DNA from: an uncultured Chitinophaga sp.
GTDB lineage: Bacteria; Bacteroidota; Bacteroidia; Bacteroidales; GCA-2748055
Length of the DNA stretch: 64,000 bases
Reading direction: 5' to 3'
Assembly: GCA_964349045.1 (NCBI GenBank)
Contig: CAYGFI010000002.1
Location: 39,879-103,878, forward strand
The translations under genes and the position numbers were made by a program. Shown piece by piece: positions 46,614 to 53,510 of the stretch (the stretch's first letter is position 1; the number at the start of each line of letters is the position of its first letter). Below the pieces are notes generated by a model. That model ran no database searches, had not been told where the DNA came from, and worked only from the letters and a program-made list of their open reading frames with translations.

Positions 46614-47108
46614 TTATTCCATTACGGACACCTCAAAAAGCTCGCCTGAGTAAACCTCCTTAAGAAATATCTCAAATCCAATGTTACTTAAGTCTTTTCC
46701 GGTCAGGATGCATATTTCCTTATCATTCAAAGTTTTAACCCTGTATTTTTTTAAAGGGTCCAGATACTTTATCGTTACAGTTCGGCTGACCTCAGTGGAG
46801 CCGTGACGGAATACAGCAATAATACCCCCGTTTTTCAGATCCGTATTGATTCGTTGAAAACCATCCCAAAAGCCTTCCATTGGCTCCCCAAACCCTGGCA
46901 AATCCTATCTATAGCTCATAATGCTGTATTTTTTCTCCATCATTTGAAGCCAATCGGCATAAGCCCGGTATTTTTTCAGGTCTGATTCTGATAGATTTCT
47001 GGGATCACCAAGCATAATGGGTAAAGCCCCTGCAATTGATTTTATGTGCATCTCCCAGGCAGTATCCTGCATCTTCAACCAAACATAATGATTCGTTATA
47101 AAAAACAT
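46614..47108 (-). pseudogene. C-terminal remnant of a clan GH-D (GH36-like alpha-galactosidase) gene with an in-frame TAG
   Basis: ORFs 46905..47108 and 46614..46901 are in the same frame, separated only by TAG (46905-46907): ..KKYSIMSYR*DLPGFGEPMEGFWDG.. . The tail ..YLDPLKKYRVKTLNDKEICILTGKDLSNIGF.. resembles the C-terminal beta-sandwich of melibiase-type enzymes. A stop two codons upstream of 47108 and the divergent SGNH gene leave no room for the catalytic domain. Confidence 0.5.
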
Positions 47109-47141
47109 TTGCTATTTTCGCTTAAATCAAATCGTAATATA

Positions 47142-47774
47142 ATGAAAAAAACAATAATCCTCTTTGTTGCAATCCTTCTTATTTCTTCATGTTCGGAGGA
47201 AAAAAATGTAAAAATTGCCTGTATCGGTGACAGTATCACTGAAGGCGCCGGTATAACCTGGCAAAGTAAAAAAAGTTACCCTGTGCAACTTGATAGCATT
47301 TTAGGACCGGGATACAGTGTTCTGAATGCCGGGAGAAGCGGTGCTACTCTTTTGAAAGAGTCAAACCTGCCATATTGGATCTGCAATGAGTTTTATAACG
47401 TTTTTGCGTTTGAACCCGATATTGTTATAATAAAACTGGGAACGAACGATTCAAAGCCTTTTAACTGGAATGAGGAGAATTACCTGAAGGATCTGCAATC
47501 TATGGTTGATACTCTGAATTCCATACCTAGCCGGCCCCAAATATACCTTTGTTTTCCAGCTCCAGCGTTTAATAATGCCTGGGGAATCAGTGATTCTGTG
47601 ATACGTAAGGGAGTAATACCTTCCATTGAAAAAATTGCAAAAGCGAATAATCTCAAAGTCATTGATTTATACCAGCCCCTGATCGGTCATGTAGAATTTT
47701 TTCCGGACAGTATTCATCCTAATGAAGTGGGAGCAAAGGTAATGGCAGAGGTAATTGCCAGGGAAATAAAATAG
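47142..47774 (+). CDS. SGNH/GDSL hydrolase (acetylesterase-like) lipoprotein
   Basis: MKKTIILFVAILLISSCS lipobox. Block I ..IACIGDSITEG.., block III ..KLGTNDS.., block V ..DSIHPN.. . The listed ORF starts at 47046. Confidence 0.85.
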   Translation: MKKTIILFVAILLISSCSEEKNVKIACIGDSITEGAGITWQSKKSYPVQLDSILGPGYSVLNAGRSGATLLKESNLPYWICNEFYNVFAFEPDIVIIKLGTNDSKPFNWNEENYLKDLQSMVDTLNSIPSRPQIYLCFPAPAFNNAWGISDSVIRKGVIPSIEKIAKANNLKVIDLYQPLIGHVEFFPDSIHPNEVGAKVMAEVIAREIK

Positions 47775-47775
47775 A

Positions 47776-47806
47776 CACAGATTATTCAATATCTGTGAAT
47801 CTGTGG
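47776..47806. terminator. Hairpin (7-bp stem) plus a tandem arm copy between convergent genes; possible bidirectional terminator
   Basis: cacagat tattcaat atctgtg followed by aatctgtgg. It begins 2 nt after the SGNH stop and lies 35 nt from the GH3 stop. There is no clear U-tract on either strand. Confidence 0.3.
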
Positions 47807-47840
47807 CTTCTTCATAACTTAGGTTTTACAAAATAAATAC

Positions 47841-50453
47841 CTACTTAATTTCTAAAACACTCCCGGTTATTTCAATAGATTTAACCTGGGAGTTTTCCCC
47901 CGGAACCACCCCGTCAACCGCAATATCAAAAACTCCCGGCTCCACAACCTGCAGCGCATCAGCATTGGTAACCGAGAAATCCTCAGGTTTCAAAGTAAAT
48001 GTGACTGTTTTCTTTTCTCCCTGCTTCAGGTAAACTCTTTTAAATCCTTTCAATGAAGTTATGGGAACAATGGAGGTGGCTGATTTATTCGAGACATAGA
48101 CCTGTACAACCTCTTCGCCGTCTTTTTTTCCAGTGTTCTTTACATCAACGCTTACCTCAACCGGTGACTGTGTATCGGAAGTTTTATCTACAACCAGATT
48201 GCTGTATTCAAAAGTGGTATAGCTCAATCCATATCCGAAAGGATATAGCGGAGTGCCTTGGAAATAGCGGTAAGTACGGTCCTGCATATCATAATTGGAA
48301 AAAGCAGGAATATCTTTTTCTGATTTGTAAAAGGTTACCGGGAGCCGGCCGGAAGGATTGAAATCGCCAAAAAGCAGCCGGGTTAATGCCGTACCGGTTG
48401 TTTCTCCCGGGTAGAATGCCTGAACGATTGCCGGTAGATTTTCATCTTCCCAGTTAAGGGCAATGGCGCTTCCGCTGAAATTGACATAGACAATGGGTTT
48501 GCCGGTTTTATAAAGTTCTCTGAGCAGATCTTCCTGAATTTTTGGAAGATTGATGTGAGTGCGGTCTCCATGTGAGAAACCGTCAATAACCAGCGGCATT
48601 TCTTCACCTTCCAGGTTCGCGGAAATTCCTCCGCAGAAAATTACAACGTCTGCTTTTGCAGCGGCATTCAGAGCTTCTTTTTGAAAATCCCGTGAAACAT
48701 CTATCCAGCTTAGACTTGCAGATGATTCAATACTGTTTACATAAGGATTAGATGAAACGCGTAGTTCTGCTGCCAAATCATATTTTTTACCTTTTTCAAG
48801 GGATATTCCCCCAGGATTAACTGGTTTGCCATTGATGATCAATCTGACATTTCCTCCAAACTGGTACATACCGGTTTTCTGAGGAATAAGAACTCCTGTC
48901 CAACGTACCGAGAATTCCTCTTCAACAAGATTATTAATGGGTGACCGAAGCCAGTAAAAATCTATTTTCGGATCAATCCTTACAATTTTTGGCTGCCCGT
49001 CGAATTTAGTATTTGTAAAATATTCGGCTTTAAGTCCTTTAACCAGTTTTCCGTTTTCATTATGGAAAAAGTTTTCGGGGGAGATAATTTCAAGATCTGT
49101 ATTTACTTCGGGAACAATCGGACACCCGGGAGTGTAAAGCACATTCTTGGTTCCAAGCTTGTCAATCAATGCTTTCAATGGGGTTATTGGCCGGATAGGT
49201 TCCCCGTTATAATTGCCAATCAGGATGGCGAAATTATTGGCATTGGGCCCGATAAGTGCAACTTTCTTTACATTTTTCAGGGGAAGGATGCCGTCGTTTT
49301 TCAGAAGCACAAGGGATTTTTCCGCTGCTTCAAGCGATAATTTGAGATTCGCCTCTGATCCGACCACTGAGTACGGAATTTTTGTAAAGGGAACCATTTC
49401 TTCCGGATCGAACATGCCGAGCATGAACCTTGCTTTATATAATCTTTTTACAGAAATGTTGATATCACTTTCGTTAATGATTCCAGCATTGATTGCTGAA
49501 TCAAGGTTATCAACCAGAAATTTACGGTTCTGTTCGCAGTTAAGATCGGTACCTGACGATAAGGACCAACCCCATGCCTGGGATGAAGTTTCAACAACAT
49601 GATGTGCATTTTTCTCATAAAAATCAGAGATTGCTCCACAATCTGAAACTACATAGCCATTAAATCCATATCGTTCACGCAGGATTTTCGCGAGCAAAAT
49701 ATCATTACCGCAACATGGTTTGTCGCGGAAGCGGTTATACGCGCACATTACCGACTGAACATGAGCTTCCCGGATCGTCATTCTGAATGCGGGAAGATAT
49801 GTATCATACAGATCACGGTCATGTACGAAAATATTATCCACATGACGGGAAAATTCAGGTCCGCTGTGCACCGCGTAATGTTTGGAGGTCGCAATGGTTT
49901 TCAGATATTTTGGGTCGTTTCCCTGTAAGCCATTAATAAAATTAACCGCCATGGTACCTGTCAGGTATGGATCCTCCCCGTATGTTTCCTGTCCGCGGCC
50001 CCATCTCGGATCCCTGAAAATATTGATGTTAGGGGTCCAGAAAGTCAGACCGGTATATATGCTGCGCACGCCGTTATCTGCAAAATACTTATGCTTTGCC
50101 CTTGCCTCATCGCTTACTGCATTTCCTACACGCAACATCAGGTCCTGATCAAAGGTTGCTGCTAAGCCGATTGCCTGGGGGAATACAGTTGCTTTACCTG
50201 CTCTGGCAACACCGTGCAGGCATTCGTTCCACCAGTTATAGGCTGGAACTCCGAGCCGATCAATAGCTTCAGCCTGATTAAAGAGTTGCGCCACCTTTTC
50301 CTGAATAGTCATTCGTGAAACCAGGTCATTAACCCTTTCATCAATTGATACCTGCGGGTTCTGGTAAGGCAGAACTGCTGAAGTCTGACTATATCCACTT
50401 CCGGTAAATAACAGGAGGATAAGCGGTGTAACCAATAGAAATTTACAATTCAT
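47841..50453 (-). CDS. Glycoside hydrolase family 3 (beta-glucosidase/beta-xylosidase type) with PA14 insert
   Basis: 870 aa with a signal peptide. ..RDPRWGRGQETYGEDP.., nucleophile context ..GYVVSDCGAI.., PA14-like ..LKAEYFTNTKFDGQPKIVRIDPKIDFYW.. . Confidence 0.9.
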   Translation of the reverse strand: MNCKFLLVTPLILLLFTGSGYSQTSAVLPYQNPQVSIDERVNDLVSRMTIQEKVAQLFNQAEAIDRLGVPAYNWWNECLHGVARAGKATVFPQAIGLAATFDQDLMLRVGNAVSDEARAKHKYFADNGVRSIYTGLTFWTPNINIFRDPRWGRGQETYGEDPYLTGTMAVNFINGLQGNDPKYLKTIATSKHYAVHSGPEFSRHVDNIFVHDRDLYDTYLPAFRMTIREAHVQSVMCAYNRFRDKPCCGNDILLAKILRERYGFNGYVVSDCGAISDFYEKNAHHVVETSSQAWGWSLSSGTDLNCEQNRKFLVDNLDSAINAGIINESDINISVKRLYKARFMLGMFDPEEMVPFTKIPYSVVGSEANLKLSLEAAEKSLVLLKNDGILPLKNVKKVALIGPNANNFAILIGNYNGEPIRPITPLKALIDKLGTKNVLYTPGCPIVPEVNTDLEIISPENFFHNENGKLVKGLKAEYFTNTKFDGQPKIVRIDPKIDFYWLRSPINNLVEEEFSVRWTGVLIPQKTGMYQFGGNVRLIINGKPVNPGGISLEKGKKYDLAAELRVSSNPYVNSIESSASLSWIDVSRDFQKEALNAAAKADVVIFCGGISANLEGEEMPLVIDGFSHGDRTHINLPKIQEDLLRELYKTGKPIVYVNFSGSAIALNWEDENLPAIVQAFYPGETTGTALTRLLFGDFNPSGRLPVTFYKSEKDIPAFSNYDMQDRTYRYFQGTPLYPFGYGLSYTTFEYSNLVVDKTSDTQSPVEVSVDVKNTGKKDGEEVVQVYVSNKSATSIVPITSLKGFKRVYLKQGEKKTVTFTLKPEDFSVTNADALQVVEPGVFDIAVDGVVPGENSQVKSIEITGSVLEIK

Positions 50454-50660
50454 ATTAATGTAATTTGAGTTTGAATTAAAGTCCGCAATATATTAAAAAC
50501 TACAACAAATTTCAAAGACTCAGTTGCGGCCTCCGAAATTGTGGAGAGATGAATATGATGGAGGATTTCAACTCATCAACAGAGGCAATTATTCTGAATG
50601 GTTATTGGAAGGGATGGTATAGCCCTTAGCAATATAGGGGAAGGCAAGGGTCTGGGGAGG

Positions 50661-51782
50661 TTAAACCTTCAGAAATATCTTCCTATTATAAAAAAAGTAA
50701 AGTATAATCCATCCCACGGCAACATAACCAATTGCTGCAATAAGGTGCGACCAGTGCTCAGAAAACAGACCTGCAAATCCCCCGAAAAGAAATTTTGAGG
50801 TATGTCCCAGATTAAAAAGAGCCTGACCCAGGTATATTGTTATGGAATTCATCCCTATAACGGTAAAGAAGAACGGCCATCTGTTGAATTTCCACACATC
50901 AATGACAAGGTAAAAAACAGCAAAAAGAACCAGGCTTATCCCTCCAGCGAAGCATGTAAATGAACTCGTCCAGAGGTTTTTGTTTATAGGGAATGTTAAG
51001 CCCCACACTTTGCCGATTACTATCAGCCCCACTCCACCTAAAATCATATAAAGGACTTTTCTTGAAAGCTTGTTTTTCAGATAATCGGATCTGACAAACT
51101 GCCCGGTCAGCATACCAAGCAGGGCTGTGGCAATTGCCGGGATGGTACTTAGAAGACCTTCGGGATCGTGGACTTTCAGGTATAAGGTTCCGGGCATGAA
51201 TAGCCTGTCGATAAAGCCGGTCAGGCTGCCTTCCATTGAATATGGATCGGTTGAACCCAGGTCATGCGCAGGAAAGAGCATCAACAGGAACCAGTAAACC
51301 AACAGGATCCCTGAAACCCAGACCATTCTGAACCGGGTTCCTGAATTGATAAAAATAAGTGCAGCAAACATCCAGGCAAGCCCTATGTGTCCTAATACAC
51401 TGCCATAGCGCATGTTGGCAAAATCAAACCGGATGGCATTGTTATATATTATTCCCAGGATAACAAGAGTTAATCCCCTTTTAAAAATATGCCAGTACAG
51501 TGCTTTGCGTTTATCGGGTCCGTTGTAATTCTTTGCATAGGAAAAGGGAAAAGAAATCCCGGCAATAAAAAGGAAAAGCGGAAAAATCATATCAAAGAAT
51601 ACGAAACCGTGCCATGGAACATGATCCATTTGCGTTGCCCACCATTCCAGTACCGGCCATCCGGTTAGAGCTGCAAGTGCGATAAAAATTTCAGCTCCGC
51701 CCATGATCCAGAACATATCGAATCCGCGGAGTGCATCAAGCGACTGAAGACGCTTAGATTCTTTTACTTCGGGTGTTTTCAT
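50661..51782 (-). CDS. DUF5009 / DUF1624 polytopic membrane protein (heparan-alpha-glucosaminide N-acetyltransferase-like)
   Basis: 373 aa. ..RLQSLDALRGFDMFWIMGG.. is the family N-terminus, followed by about 10 hydrophobic spans. Its ATG (51780-51782) directly abuts the GH20 stop (TAA 51783-51785). Confidence 0.75.
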   Translation of the reverse strand: MKTPEVKESKRLQSLDALRGFDMFWIMGGAEIFIALAALTGWPVLEWWATQMDHVPWHGFVFFDMIFPLFLFIAGISFPFSYAKNYNGPDKRKALYWHIFKRGLTLVILGIIYNNAIRFDFANMRYGSVLGHIGLAWMFAALIFINSGTRFRMVWVSGILLVYWFLLMLFPAHDLGSTDPYSMEGSLTGFIDRLFMPGTLYLKVHDPEGLLSTIPAIATALLGMLTGQFVRSDYLKNKLSRKVLYMILGGVGLIVIGKVWGLTFPINKNLWTSSFTCFAGGISLVLFAVFYLVIDVWKFNRWPFFFTVIGMNSITIYLGQALFNLGHTSKFLFGGFAGLFSEHWSHLIAAIGYVAVGWIILYFFYNRKIFLKV

Positions 51783-53408
51783 TTAGTAAATATTTTTTGA
51801 ATAATTAATCCCGGCATTATCGAACCGTGCAAATTGCTTATCCAGGCGTCTTACAAAATCTTCATAGTTTTTGTTTTCTGGCTTTGACCAGAGTACTTCA
51901 GCCATTGCATCGAGACGTGGGAACATCATGTAAAAAGAATGTTCCGGTGTAGGAATGTATTCTGTCCAGAGGTTTGCCTGTCCTCCCAGTATATGTTTTG
52001 CTTCATCAGCGGTAAGGCTGTCAGGAACAGGGATGAACTGGTACACCTTGCTTAAGGGAAGAAATCCACCAATGGCCAGTGGCTCAGATTCCTGTGGCCC
52101 CTGGTAATAATCGAAATAACAAAACTGTGTGGGACTCATTACCACATCATGTCCGGATCTTGCTGCTTCTATCCCCCCTTCAAAACCTCTCCATGACATT
52201 ACAGTTGCGCGGGGAGCAAGTCCACCTTCAAGAATTTCATCCCACCCTAAAAGATTTTTATCCTTAGATGCCAGAAACTTCTCAATCCTTTTAATAAAAT
52301 AACTCTGCAATTCCAGTTCATCTTTCAGTCTTTCGGTTTTAATCCTGGACTGGCATTTCGGGCATTTTTCCCAATTTGTTTTTGTTGCCTCATCTCCCCC
52401 GATATGAATATACTTTGAAGGGAAAAGATCAGCCACTTCAGTAAGGACATTTTCCAGGAATGTGAAGACCTCTTCATTCCCGGCGCAATAAATTTCCGTA
52501 ACCGGCCATACACCACCTGATAATACAGTCATCTTTTTCCCTGAGCAGGATAATTGCGGATAAGCAGCAAATACGCAGGAAACATGGGCTGGCATCTCAA
52601 TTTCTGGAACAACTTCAATGTTTAGTTTTGCAGCATATTCAACCACCTCACGGATTTCATCCTGAGTATAAAATCCTCCGTAAGTTGCTTCTTCCCCGGG
52701 TTTCTGTGCAGGACGTTCATTCCAATGCAAATCCTCATGATCAACCCTCCATGCTGAGGTTGTGGTAAGTTCAGGATACTTTTTAATTTCGATTCTCCAA
52801 CCCTGGTCATCAACAAGGTGCCAGTGAAAATGATTCATCTTTCGTGCCGAAAGCTGATCGAGAACATTCTTAACATGAGAAACCGGAAAGAAATGCCGTA
52901 CACAATCGAGCATCATTCCCCTCCAGGGAAACTGAGGCTGATCGGATATTTCAACTGCAGGTACACTCCATGAAATGTCACTTTTCACTGAGGGACTTTC
53001 AATTTCCGGGGGAAACAACTGTCGTAAAGTCTGTACCCCGTAAAAAAGTCCTTCTTTTGCAGATGCTTTTATTACAACACTTTTTGAAGTGGATTTCAAA
53101 GTGTATCCCTCTTTATTATCCAGGCCCGGCAGGCTCTCCTGGATGGAAAGGACAATTGCATTTTTCTTATGTTCGGTAACAACCGGAATTTCAATACCGG
53201 TAGCATTTTTCAGAAAACCCTGCAGGTAAGTGGCTACTGGAACGGCATCTCCCTCTGCTACAATTACAGTTTTGGCCGAGAGTATAAAAGTTCCTTTTCC
53301 ATAGGTGATTGAATCCGGAACAGGAATTACTGAAATCTCTTTGGTCATCTCAGGCTTTGTGCAGGAAATAACCATCATAAAGCATAAAATTGTAGTTAAT
53401 GTTTTCAT
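51783..53408 (-). CDS. Glycoside hydrolase family 20 beta-N-acetylhexosaminidase lipoprotein
   Basis: MKTLTTILCFMMVISC lipobox. ..FPWRGMMLDCVRHF.., ..HWHLVDDQGWRIEI.., ..IHIGGDE.. . The listed ORF (to 53477) reads through the upstream hairpin (..HTEKAQKGTE..), so I treat that extension as spurious. Confidence 0.9.
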   Translation of the reverse strand: MKTLTTILCFMMVISCTKPEMTKEISVIPVPDSITYGKGTFILSAKTVIVAEGDAVPVATYLQGFLKNATGIEIPVVTEHKKNAIVLSIQESLPGLDNKEGYTLKSTSKSVVIKASAKEGLFYGVQTLRQLFPPEIESPSVKSDISWSVPAVEISDQPQFPWRGMMLDCVRHFFPVSHVKNVLDQLSARKMNHFHWHLVDDQGWRIEIKKYPELTTTSAWRVDHEDLHWNERPAQKPGEEATYGGFYTQDEIREVVEYAAKLNIEVVPEIEMPAHVSCVFAAYPQLSCSGKKMTVLSGGVWPVTEIYCAGNEEVFTFLENVLTEVADLFPSKYIHIGGDEATKTNWEKCPKCQSRIKTERLKDELELQSYFIKRIEKFLASKDKNLLGWDEILEGGLAPRATVMSWRGFEGGIEAARSGHDVVMSPTQFCYFDYYQGPQESEPLAIGGFLPLSKVYQFIPVPDSLTADEAKHILGGQANLWTEYIPTPEHSFYMMFPRLDAMAEVLWSKPENKNYEDFVRRLDKQFARFDNAGINYSKNIY

Positions 53409-53428
53409 GTTTAAAGTTTTTAATTTTA

Positions 53429-53485
53429 CCTCTGTGCCCTTCTGTGCCTTCTCTGTGTGATTAATTTTTCTTTTCACACAGAGAA
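53429..53485. repeat. Tandem CTGTG-type ~10-nt units ending in a perfect 12-bp hairpin
   Basis: cc tctgtgcc ct tctgtgcc tt ctctgtgtga. Stem ttctctgtgtga (53449-60) / tcacacagagaa (53474-85), 13-nt A/T loop. Lies between the GH2 stop (53511) and the GH20 start (53408). Confidence 0.85.
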
Positions 53486-53510
53486 AGTTAAGAGTTACAC
53501 AAAGTTGGGT

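Noticed and set aside
50454-50660. 207-nt spacer upstream of GH3 with G/A-rich words (ggagagatg, atggaggat, ggaagggatgg, ggggaaggcaagggtctggggagg), considered as a possible leader RNA or riboswitch
   Set aside because: I could find only weak 4-5-bp stems (cctcc...ggagg). There is no clear tandem-plus-inverted architecture like the other elements, and no resemblance to a known motif. The embedded 66-aa ORF (50598..50798) runs into the DUF5009 gene on the opposite strand. The evidence is insufficient to call anything.
53409-53477. N-terminal extension of the GH20 ORF (MKRKINHTEKAQKGTEVKLKTLN)
   Set aside because: The extension is encoded by the CTGTG tandem units and the left (lower-coordinate) arm of the hairpin, and the reading frame closes inside the hairpin loop. 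A textbook lipoprotein signal starts at the internal ATG 53408. Similar over-extensions were trimmed for pdxH, the YkuD-like gene, the OMP, DUF3368, GH88/105, DUF1573, SGNH, DUF1343, ATPase-2 and MltF.
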